47,950 bases of DNA from a virus (taxonomy: Duplodnaviria > Caudoviricetes): the IMG/VR virus record IMGVR_UViG_3300037721_000049, positions 1 through 47,950 of that record, one strand, 5' to 3'. Below, one piece after another: positions 19,984 through 27,442 of the stretch. The first letter of the stretch is position 1. The number at the start of each line of letters is the position of its first letter. The position numbers were made by a program, and so were the translations under genes. The notes under the pieces were generated by a model. The model saw only the letters and a list, made by a program, of their open reading frames with translations. It was not told the origin of the DNA and ran no database searches.

Positions 19984-20382
19984 TCAATTGTCCCGCCCCG
20001 TCGGCGAGAGACCGAGCTCCGCGAGCGAGACCCGCTCAATCTCCGCGCCGACGCTGTCGAGCGCGACTCCGAGCATGAAAAGCGTCGGCATGTTTTTAGA
20101 GTCGCCGCTCTCCTTGGCTCCCTGGATGAGACCCTCAAGAAAACATGCCGCCGTGTCGTTGCGCGCAACCCGAGGCGCGATGATCTCGAGCGACACAATC
20201 ACCATAAATTCGCGCGGCGGCAACGCGAAGCGTGGCGGCTCGCGGTCCGGATACGCTTCGCGGTACGCACAATAGGCGTGTCGGATCGCCTCGATGACGA
20301 GCAGATATTCGGGCGGAAACTTCCCGGTCTCCGCCGCGCGTTGCCCCATCGCGAAAGCTTTCCGTCGTTCGTGCCGATTCAT
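19984..20382 (-). CDS. Hypothetical protein
   Basis: MNRHERRK start; GGGGG RBS. Confidence 0.55.
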   Translation of the reverse strand: MNRHERRKAFAMGQRAAETGKFPPEYLLVIEAIRHAYCAYREAYPDREPPRFALPPREFMVIVSLEIIAPRVARNDTAACFLEGLIQGAKESGDSKNMPTLFMLGVALDSVGAEIERVSLAELGLSPTGRDN

Positions 20383-20457
20383 GTCGCCCCCCGATCGCCT
20401 CTACCACGGCGGGATCCCCGTTGTCACGCCGCAACGTCCCGCGGTAGCATGCGCGGC

Positions 20458-20658
20458 ATGAAAGACGCCGACGACACCTTGACGACCGACGAGCTCGCGC
20501 GCGTACAGGCTCTCATCGACGAGGCGGTGTCGGTGTCGGGCACTCCGGTTGCACACTTTCTTTTTCAATGGGCATGGGCGCGCGTTCTGTCGCGCGAGGA
20601 GACCGACCTCATGACGCGATATGCCGAGGCGAAACGCCGTGAGGTGCTCGGCGAATGA
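20458..20658 (+). CDS. Hypothetical protein
   Basis: First gene of a coupled plus-strand run; start uncertain (20449 or 20458). Confidence 0.45.
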   Translation: MKDADDTLTTDELARVQALIDEAVSVSGTPVAHFLFQWAWARVLSREETDLMTRYAEAKRREVLGE

Positions 20659-20858
20659 GCAAGCGACTGTCGCCCGAGCAATTGCGGGTCGAGCTCGACG
20701 CCGTTCGCCAGATGACCGGCTCGTCGGCGGCGCTCGCCGATCACATTCGGGCGGTCGAGACGGAGTGCGACGAGCTAAGCAAGGAGCTCGCCGAGACACA
20801 GCTTGAGGTCGCGCGGCTCTCGGCGCTCGTCGACGCGATGCGGTTTAGGTCGTCGTGA
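20655..20858 (+). CDS. Hypothetical coiled-coil protein
   Basis: ATGA overlap. Confidence 0.5.
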   Translation: MSKRLSPEQLRVELDAVRQMTGSSAALADHIRAVETECDELSKELAETQLEVARLSALVDAMRFRSS

Positions 20859-21199
20859 ACGAGATTGGAGGGACCCCGATGAGCGAGAAACTCTATCCTT
20901 TGACGTACGACATCCGCCCGGAAGATCCGCCGCTCCCACGCTCGAAAGTCGAGGAGCTCAACCGATCCGCATGCGACGCGATCGTTTTGCTGTCGATGAT
21001 CTATCCGCCCGACGGTAGCTTTAGCCTCCTCGTCGAATCGCTCGACGGGCGAACCGGCGAGGAGGTTTCGGATAACGAGCTTTGGAAGGTTTGGACGATG
21101 CTCGCAACGCGGCTCGCCAAGTCGAAAACGCTGTCGACGAACAAACGCGAGGTCGCCCAATTGCTTTGGGAAACGGTTTGCAGCGCGGTCAAGCAATGA
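20855..21199 (+). CDS. Hypothetical protein
   Basis: GTGA overlap; alternative ATG at 20879 with GGAGGG RBS. Confidence 0.55.
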   Translation: MNEIGGTPMSEKLYPLTYDIRPEDPPLPRSKVEELNRSACDAIVLLSMIYPPDGSFSLLVESLDGRTGEEVSDNELWKVWTMLATRLAKSKTLSTNKREVAQLLWETVCSAVKQ

Positions 21200-21390
21200 G
21201 CACGCATCCCGAGAGCCCATTTCGTCACGCCATTTGCGCGCCATGCTTTGCCGCGCGCAATCCGGGTCGCGAGCCCGTTCGCATTCTACCGCCCGACGAC
21301 GAGCAATGTTGCTATTGCGGGGCACCGACGCGCGACGGCATCTATATCCGCGACGGCGCGCAACCCTATTGCGGGATCGAGGTCAAGTGA
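21196..21390 (+). CDS. Small Zn-finger-like protein
   Basis: CAPC and CCYCG; ATGA overlap. Confidence 0.5.
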   Translation: MSTHPESPFRHAICAPCFAARNPGREPVRILPPDDEQCCYCGAPTRDGIYIRDGAQPYCGIEVK

Positions 21391-21626
21391 GCGCGAGCGC
21401 GCCGCGCTTCGTCCACGATTGCGAGCGGTGCGTTTTCCTCGGCATCGAGCTTCAACACGACCTCTACATCTGTCCGCCGCACGAGGAATGGCGTCGCGCG
21501 AGTGTCGTCGCCCGATACGGTGACGAGGGTCCCGACTACACATCGAGTCCGGTCGAGTACGCCGACTACCATCCATTGCTCGGCATCGCGCTCCGTCTCG
21601 CGCGCGAGCGCGGTCTCGTCAAATGA
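21387..21626 (+). CDS. Hypothetical protein
   Basis: HDCERCVFLG...DLYIC...ARYGDEGPDY; GTGA overlap. Confidence 0.5.
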   Translation: MSASAPRFVHDCERCVFLGIELQHDLYICPPHEEWRRASVVARYGDEGPDYTSSPVEYADYHPLLGIALRLARERGLVK

Positions 21627-21922
21627 AACGCGCCGAAGTCGCGGCACTCGATCTGAAGCGGATGCTTGTGACGTTGACGGTCGAGGAGTTGATCGAGTTG
21701 ATCCGCGGGATCGTGCGGGACGAATTGCAAGAGCACTCGAGGTCGCATCCCCGAGTGTTGACGACGGCTCAAGTCGCCGAGCGGCTCGGATTGCATCCCA
21801 AAACAGTCGCGCGACTTGTTCGCCTAGAGGGCTTGCCAGCGCACCGGCTCGGCGCCGTCGGGGAGTACCGGTTTTTGGCGACCGAGGTCGATACGTGGGT
21901 CGCGGGTAGAGGCTCGCGATGA
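21623..21922 (+). CDS. Excisionase-family HTH DNA-binding protein
   Basis: LTTAQVAERLGLHPKTVARLVRLEGLPAHRLG...YRF. Confidence 0.75.
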   Translation: MKRAEVAALDLKRMLVTLTVEELIELIRGIVRDELQEHSRSHPRVLTTAQVAERLGLHPKTVARLVRLEGLPAHRLGAVGEYRFLATEVDTWVAGRGSR

Positions 21923-22161
21923 GAAAGTGGCTACACGCGGGCGCGTGGATACCAGTTGAACAACTACCGGACTACAACTGTCCGTGTGGAGGCGTGGCAC
22001 GAGCCATCGGGATCGAGCGCTTTGCCATAGGGAGCGCCGACACCGATCTTTATTCGTTGGATCAAGCGCTATGGATCCAATGCGGGACGTGCGGCGCGCG
22101 AAGCCTCGCCGACGTCCAACTAGGTCCCGGCGCGAAGGCGGCGCCGCCCCGCGTCAAGTAG
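21919..22161 (+). CDS. Small Zn-ribbon protein
   Basis: CPCGG...CGTCG. Confidence 0.5.
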   Translation: MRKWLHAGAWIPVEQLPDYNCPCGGVARAIGIERFAIGSADTDLYSLDQALWIQCGTCGARSLADVQLGPGAKAAPPRVK

Positions 22162-22411
22162 AGGGCGGGCGACCAGGCGGCGGGATATTCTCGCGCGCCG
22201 TCGTTTGCTCGCGGTCCGGTGACGACGCGCGGAGCGACTCGGACATCTTCGCGGCGGCGGCTTGCCACGCATCGCGGAGTCGGGGGGGCAGATCGTCGAA
22301 CGACTTGGGCATCGGTGCGTTAGGCGCGCTCCCCGCTTCGTTCTTCCATGAGAGCGAGGTGCCGAAAGCGGTGTATGCGTCCCGAGCGATTTGGATCTGG
22401 TCCTCGTTCAT
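22154..22411 (-). CDS. Hypothetical protein
   Basis: ATG 22411 with GGGGG RBS. Confidence 0.5.
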   Translation of the reverse strand: MNEDQIQIARDAYTAFGTSLSWKNEAGSAPNAPMPKSFDDLPPRLRDAWQAAAAKMSESLRASSPDREQTTARENIPPPGRPPST

Positions 22412-22448
22412 TGTCGCGCCCCCCTGTTCGTTCCTGACAACGTCGAAT

Positions 22449-24215
22449 CTATCGCGGGGGGCGGCGGCTCGCGAGGGGTACGACGTTGGGGCTTTTGACG
22501 GACCGCGCGCGGGCGGCAAGCTCACTCGCGAGCTCCGCGGCGTCGGTTGAGCGACCGTCGGCGATGGCGTTCTCGAGGGCGACGCGGAGCGCGGTCGCGA
22601 CGGCGTCGGTGTCCCGCCAAGCGGATGGCAACGGAGCCCGACCGACGGCGTCTTGCGGGACAGACGACCGAAAATGCCCTGTTTTTGCCGGGTTTTTTGA
22701 TGAGTTGCCGTTTTCAATTCCCGTTGGGGTCGCAATTTTGCTGGCTGATTCTAAGTGGTTACAAGGCTTGCGGGACGGTTGCGGGACAGCGGCGGGACAA
22801 GCCGGATCCGTCCCATCGGCTCCGCCCGGTTGCGCCGTCTCGGAGCGGTTGCCGGCGACGGAGTCGGTTGCCGCAAAGGGGCGCCTTTCCGATCCGCCGA
22901 GGACGATCGCCGGGATAGGGGGGAAGGGTTGTCCGACCGACTTGCCGCGGAGCGACGCCGCGTTGATGTAGTCCTCGGTCGCGGCGAACGACTTGTGACC
23001 GGCGGTCGCTTGCACGAGGGTATGGTTATCCCCCCGCATGATGCGCCACGTAATGCCGGTCGCTCGCAGATCGTGAAAGGTGATCGGGCGCCGCAACTGG
23101 TCGTCGGCGAAAAGCGCCTCGCGCGTGAGACCGGCGACCCGCAAGATCGTCTCGCGGAAATATAAGGCAAGCTCCTCCTCCGGGGGGAGCTCGATCACGC
23201 GACCGACCGGATGCTCGACCCCTTGCTCGGCGGCGGCTTCGGCGCGCATTGCCTCGAGGAGCGGCACGATCTCGTCGGGGATCTCGAAAACACGCATCGA
23301 GGATTTCTTAGGCACCTTGATTTTCTTGCCCCGTGACTTGCGCTTGGCGGCTTGGTGAATCGAAATCACGCGGTGCTCGAGATCGATCCCTTGCCACTCG
23401 AGCGCGCGGATCTCGTTCGCCCTCATGCACAGATAGACGGCGATCGAGATCATGCGCATCCATCTTTGCGTCGCGCGTCGTCGGCTCAACATGCCGATCC
23501 GCATTTTCCCTTCCCCGCTCGCCTCCCACATACCGGGCGCGACCATGACGCGGAGGTATTCATCGGGATAGAGGATCGTGCCCTTGCGCTTGTCGGTGCG
23601 GTCGGGCGGTTGCACGTCCCGCGTCGGATCGTCGGGGCGGATTCGGAGCGCCTCGTTTTTGGATTCGTGCATGTCGCGGAACATGGAGCGGAGCGTTGAC
23701 CAGGCGTTCGCCGCTCGCTTGCCCGAGAGCCCTTTGCCGCGCGACGCTTCCACGCGTGCAAAGGAGTCTTTCTTTTCGCAGATGAGTCGATCGAGGCGGC
23801 GCACAATGGCACGGATGTCCTCCGTCGACACGGCTCGCACTCGCATGTGACCGATGAGCGGCTTGATATGGTTCGAATAGAGTGACCGATCGTCGATGTC
23901 GGTCTCGACGTAGTGTTGCGCGACGCGCCATTGGCACCATCGGTCAAACCATGCATCGACGGTCTCCTCGACCGAGCCCGCGCGCACCGGTCGGAGATGA
24001 CCGGCAAGGATTTCCTCGCTCATGAGGTGAGCGATCTCCTCCGCTTGCCGTTTGGCGATGATCGCGTCGCTCGAGATCGACGCCGCGGGGAGATGGTCGC
24101 GCAAGTTGTGACGTTTGCGGGTCGGATCGGCGGCGCGGGCGAGACGAAAAAAGACCGCCTTGCGACGCGCGTCGTACTCGGCAGATCCGAGGCGCTTCGG
24201 GGATACGTTGCTCAT
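22449..24215 (-). CDS. int: Tyrosine integrase; attP lies inside the 3' part of the ORF
   Basis: Catalytic R (CMRANE), FHDLR, AGH and Y (TEDY); N-terminal SAM-like region. Confidence 0.9.
   Translation of the reverse strand: MSNVSPKRLGSAEYDARRKAVFFRLARAADPTRKRHNLRDHLPAASISSDAIIAKRQAEEIAHLMSEEILAGHLRPVRAGSVEETVDAWFDRWCQWRVAQHYVETDIDDRSLYSNHIKPLIGHMRVRAVSTEDIRAIVRRLDRLICEKKDSFARVEASRGKGLSGKRAANAWSTLRSMFRDMHESKNEALRIRPDDPTRDVQPPDRTDKRKGTILYPDEYLRVMVAPGMWEASGEGKMRIGMLSRRRATQRWMRMISIAVYLCMRANEIRALEWQGIDLEHRVISIHQAAKRKSRGKKIKVPKKSSMRVFEIPDEIVPLLEAMRAEAAAEQGVEHPVGRVIELPPEEELALYFRETILRVAGLTREALFADDQLRRPITFHDLRATGITWRIMRGDNHTLVQATAGHKSFAATEDYINAASLRGKSVGQPFPPIPAIVLGGSERRPFAATDSVAGNRSETAQPGGADGTDPACPAAVPQPSRKPCNHLESASKIATPTGIENGNSSKNPAKTGHFRSSVPQDAVGRAPLPSAWRDTDAVATALRVALENAIADGRSTDAAELASELAARARSVKSPNVVPLASRRPPR
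22611..22798. repeat. Putative integrase arm-type sites (GCGGGAC)
   Basis: Direct copies at 22655, 22770, 22781 and 22792 (last three at 11-bp spacing); inverted copy at 22611; flank the att core. Confidence 0.65.
22713..22733 (+). other. Putative attP core, identical in form to a tRNA 3' end (T-loop plus acceptor strand; tRNA-Glu-like)
   Basis: TTCAATTCCCGTTGGGGTCGC in a locally AT-rich patch, with no 5' half of a tRNA. Confidence 0.7.
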
Positions 24216-24239
24216 GAGCAACAGTGTAGCGCGAGACGC

Positions 24240-24605
24240 CTATGCCTGAAAGGCGACCTTGCGTAGCGACTCCTTGATATCAAATCCCGCGATCAAACTG
24301 GTCGGATCGGGCGCTTGTTTCTTCTCTTTCGACGGCGGTCGGCGACGCCGTTTTGCCTCAGCTTTCTCCGTCAAGTAGCGCTCGACATCGGCGTACCGCG
24401 CGACCCGCAATTTGCCGATCTCTTTCACCGGAAACGCGCCCTCGCCGATGTACCGGAGATACTCGTCTCTCGTGATACCGAACGACTCGCCGCAATTGTG
24501 TTGCGTGATCGTCGCTGGCAACGGTGCGACGATGAGCATCGGGACAAGTACCTCCTCGAGCACGCGCCGCGGTTTCCTTTGCACTTGCGTTTCAATCGCG
24601 CTCAT
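24240..24605 (-). CDS. Second excisionase-like DNA-binding protein, upstream of int
   Basis: FGITRDEYLRYIGEGAFPVKEIGKLRVARYADV; GGAGAG RBS. Confidence 0.5.
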   Translation of the reverse strand: MSAIETQVQRKPRRVLEEVLVPMLIVAPLPATITQHNCGESFGITRDEYLRYIGEGAFPVKEIGKLRVARYADVERYLTEKAEAKRRRRPPSKEKKQAPDPTSLIAGFDIKESLRKVAFQA

Positions 24606-24622
24606 CTCTCCCCTCCTCCTCC

Positions 24623-24964
24623 TCATCGCCCCACCCACGCCGCCAAATCGGCGACGGTATGAAACACCGGCTTGCCCATCTCGAGCACCGTCATCCGCTC
24701 CGACCGCGCGCCCACCGAGTTCGACCAGTCGGGCGTCAGGATCAAAGCGTCGCAACGGCGCGCGAGCTCGAGCGTACCGTCAAGCCAAAATTGATCGGTG
24801 CCTTGCCCATGGAAGTGCCTCGTGTTGGCATGCGGAATAATTGGCATGCCGCCCGCGCGAAAGACGTCGTATCCGAGCTCCTCGGCACGTCGCACGTTGC
24901 GCTCAATCTCCCATCCGTTCGGTCCTCGGAATGGTCCGGCGACGTAGATGAGCTTCGGCGTCAT
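24623..24964 (-). CDS. Nucleoside 2-deoxyribosyltransferase-like (DUF4406/DUF1937-type) protein
   Basis: IYVAGP, PIIPH, RCDALIL, WSNSVGARSE, GKPVF. Confidence 0.7.
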   Translation of the reverse strand: MTPKLIYVAGPFRGPNGWEIERNVRRAEELGYDVFRAGGMPIIPHANTRHFHGQGTDQFWLDGTLELARRCDALILTPDWSNSVGARSERMTVLEMGKPVFHTVADLAAWVGR

Positions 24965-25173
24965 GAGAGACTCCCCCCCGCGAGCTTGGCGGCGATTTCG
25001 ATCATGGCATCGCGGTCGCTCGCGTCGCCGCGCTCGTGCGCGTTGAGTTGAATCGTGATCGCCTGGAGAACGCGACGCCGCTCCTCGGGCAAGAGCGTCG
25101 CGAAGATGGCGCCGACCTCGACGTATGCGGCAAGCGTCCGCTCGAATGCGTCGAGCTCTTTGATCGTCGTCAT
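24961..25173 (-). CDS. Hypothetical protein (70 aa)
   Basis: GGGGGA RBS; ATGA overlap with the next gene. Confidence 0.5.
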   Translation of the reverse strand: MTTIKELDAFERTLAAYVEVGAIFATLLPEERRRVLQAITIQLNAHERGDASDRDAMIEIAAKLAGGSLS

Positions 25174-25196
25174 TGATCCCCCATTTTTTCGGTGCG

Positions 25197-25239
25197 CGGC
25201 GCGGCACCGTTGATCAATTGCCTCGTTGGTGCCGCGCCG
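25197..25239. other. Perfect 12-bp hairpin at the downstream end of the array
   Basis: CGGCGCGGCACC (25197-25208) and GGTGCCGCGCCG (25228-25239), 19-nt loop. Confidence 0.7.
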
Positions 25240-25257
25240 TCGCGGTTCACTGCGTTT

Positions 25258-25785
25258 GCCTCGCCACGCCCGTCCACGCCCAACCTCGCCACGCCATGCC
25301 CTGCCCCGCCTGGCCTGCCTAGCCTCGCCATGCCCCGCGCCGCCGAGCCTCGTCTTGCCAATCCGCGCCTGCCGCGCCGTGCCTCGCTCCGCCTTGCCAT
25401 GCCGCGCCCCACCGAGCCTCGCCTTGCCTGCCATGCCCGACCTTGCCCCGCCGCGCCTAGCCTCGTCGTGCCTCGCGCTGCCTGCCTAGCCTTGCCGGGC
25501 GATGTCACGCCGGGCGATGCCGCGCCCCGCCGCGCCTGCCGAGCCAATTTCGTGCCGTGCCTAACGATGCCACGCCCCGCCTAGCCTGCCTCGCGAAGCC
25601 ACGCGCGGCGCGTCCGCGCGATGCTCCGCCTCGCCTGCCTTGCCACGCCTGTCCGAGCCCCGCGGCGCCAAACCGGACCACGCCTTGCCGTGCCTTGCCT
25701 GCCTCGCCTTGCCGTGCCTTGCTCCGTCGCGCCTGGACTGGCCATGCCTGCCACGCCCCGCCGAGGACCTCGCCCCGCCTGCCTA
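25258..25785 (-). ncRNA. Non-coding GGC-NN pentamer array, about 10 units separated by GGCAGGC; putative guide-RNA array
   Basis: Plus strand GCC-NN period 5; GCCTGCC junctions at 25313, 25367, 25426, 25480, 25534, 25584, 25633, 25697, 25746, 25777; begins 3 nt after the partner gene stop. Confidence 0.8.
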
Positions 25786-25788
25786 GAT

Positions 25789-26247
25789 TCATCCGACCGC
25801 CGCCGCCGGTTCCGATTCGAGCGTGTCACCTATTGCGAGCATCACTCCGTCGAGCTCGGTGAGATCGCGATACCTCCGACGAAAGCCGGCGAGTTCGCGC
25901 AACGCGGTTTGCAACAGCTCTCGCTTGCGCGCGGCGTCGCTTATGCAACCGCCGAGCGGTCGATACCCCGCGCCGCCCCGATCGGACGGAAGGCTATGAT
26001 AGGCGCGCACGGTAACGACTGTCTCGGGACCGGTGACGAGTGTCACCTTGACCCTAGCGATGAGCGCTCGGGCTTGAATGAGGCGAAGCTCGTCGCCGGC
26101 TTGTTCGTTGTCCCAAGTGAATTGACTATGAAGCGGGGAGTCGGCGGGGCGCCCCTCCTCGATGACGTCGAGTGGGCGCAACGTACCGCCGCTCCGCTCG
26201 CAAAGCTTGGCGAGCGCGGCGAGCGCGGCGGGGTTGAGTCCGCTCAT
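25789..26247 (-). CDS. Partner protein of the RAMP-like gene (152 aa, function unknown)
   Basis: TGATG coupling to the RAMP stop; LRPLDVIEEGRPADSPLHSQFTWDNEQAGDELRLIQARALI motif. Confidence 0.75.
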   Translation of the reverse strand: MSGLNPAALAALAKLCERSGGTLRPLDVIEEGRPADSPLHSQFTWDNEQAGDELRLIQARALIARVKVTLVTGPETVVTVRAYHSLPSDRGGAGYRPLGGCISDAARKRELLQTALRELAGFRRRYRDLTELDGVMLAIGDTLESEPAAAVG

Positions 26248-26936
26248 CACGATTGCACCTCGAACGTTCCCCACCCCATACCGTTGCTTTTCTTAGAGAA
26301 CGGGCGCCCCTCGCCGATGCCGACTTGCATGCCGGCGCGGGCGATTAGGTTCGTGACGTCGGCGATCGTGAATTGATCGGCATCGTAACGGACGCGGATC
26401 TTGCACGACCACTCGTGCCAGATCGCGCGAGCTCGCAGATCGGCGACGCCGCCCTCGTTTCGCACGTGGGAGATAAGCCTTTGCGGCTCGCCCTCGATTC
26501 GGATGAGAGGGGTACCGTCGAGCGGGTCGACTCCGTCGGCGAGGACAAAGACGCTCATGCGGCTCAACGTCATGTGAAAGCCGACGAGCCGGCACGAGTC
26601 GATCATTGCGCAACGAAAAGCGTTTGCCGGAATGCCTGGCCACCCCTCGCGCGACAGATGAATTGCTTGCCGATAGTCCTCGTCGAAATCTCGCTTGTCG
26701 CGAACCTTCTTACCCTTCGCCGTCGACCCCGCCTCGTGCTTTGCTTTCATCTGGTCGATCGCCTTTTGCGGGAAGCGAAACTGCACATAGGGCGCCGTCC
26801 CGCGGAGCTCGAACTCAGCGACCCGGAGATCGGGCGCCTTGATCGCGATGTGCATCTCTCCTTCCGCCGCGGCGGGTTTCGAACGGGTGCGAGGCGCCTT
26901 GCGTTCTTCGTGAATCGTCGTCGTTCCGTTTTCCAT
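26247..26936 (-). CDS. Stand-alone RAMP/Cas7-like RNA-binding protein (229 aa)
   Basis: GGGAGGA RBS; N-terminal strand FELRGTAPY; GIPANAFRCAM helix; C-terminal Gly-rich loop AGMQVGIGEGRP...GMGWGTFEV. Confidence 0.7.
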   Translation of the reverse strand: MENGTTTIHEERKAPRTRSKPAAAEGEMHIAIKAPDLRVAEFELRGTAPYVQFRFPQKAIDQMKAKHEAGSTAKGKKVRDKRDFDEDYRQAIHLSREGWPGIPANAFRCAMIDSCRLVGFHMTLSRMSVFVLADGVDPLDGTPLIRIEGEPQRLISHVRNEGGVADLRARAIWHEWSCKIRVRYDADQFTIADVTNLIARAGMQVGIGEGRPFSKKSNGMGWGTFEVQS

Positions 26937-26968
26937 TTGATCCTCCCTTACCGTTTTCTGGTTGTTGC

Positions 26969-27442
26969 TTACTCGTCGCCGGGCTCGCGCGGCTCGTTCG
27001 CCGATGGCTTCGCGCCCGGTGTTACCTTGTGCAACGTCACGTTTTTCGCGTCTTGCCGCGGTCGTTTGATGACGATGTCGAGATCGTGAGCGATGTCGGG
27101 CGAGCCATATACCCGGATGCACGGTTGCCCCTTGAGCATGCCGCGCTCGGTGACGACGCTCGGGAATAGCGTTACCCGTTTGCCGTTCCAATCGGCGAGC
27201 TTGCGCCCGAACATTGCCTTGATCGCCTCGCCGTTGGTTCTATTCAGAACGAGTTCTTTCGGGCGCTCCTTGAAAGCGACGGTCGCCTTGAGCTCCTTGC
27301 CGTCCTCGCCCTCGAGCTCCTCGAGCCATGCGTCGGCGATCGTCATGGTCACTTTCTGTCCCTTGAAATCGCTGGCCTTGAGAAAGCGCCCCGGGTAAAG
27401 CTCGTCGAAGTCGACGACCCTGATCTTTTTCGGAGCGTTCAT
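26969..27442 (-). CDS. Putative ssDNA-binding/annealing protein
   Basis: FLKASD and LVLNRTN motifs; acidic tail REPGDE; coupled to the exonuclease-like gene. Confidence 0.5.
   Translation of the reverse strand: MNAPKKIRVVDFDELYPGRFLKASDFKGQKVTMTIADAWLEELEGEDGKELKATVAFKERPKELVLNRTNGEAIKAMFGRKLADWNGKRVTLFPSVVTERGMLKGQPCIRVYGSPDIAHDLDIVIKRPRQDAKNVTLHKVTPGAKPSANEPREPGDE

Noticed and set aside
22680-22740. tRNA gene
   Set aside because: Only the T-loop and 3' acceptor strand are present, with no D or anticodon arm; treated as the att core.
25258-25785. Classical CRISPR array or simple microsatellite
   Set aside because: There are no 23-47 nt direct repeats with spacers, and NN is too diverse and the units too regularly punctuated for slippage.
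25170-25862. Several Arg/Gly/Pro-rich ORFs on both strands across the array
   Set aside because: Period-5 GC-rich repeats rarely contain stop codons; the ORFs lack RBSs, and a 5-nt period with 4-nt slips does not fit codon structure.
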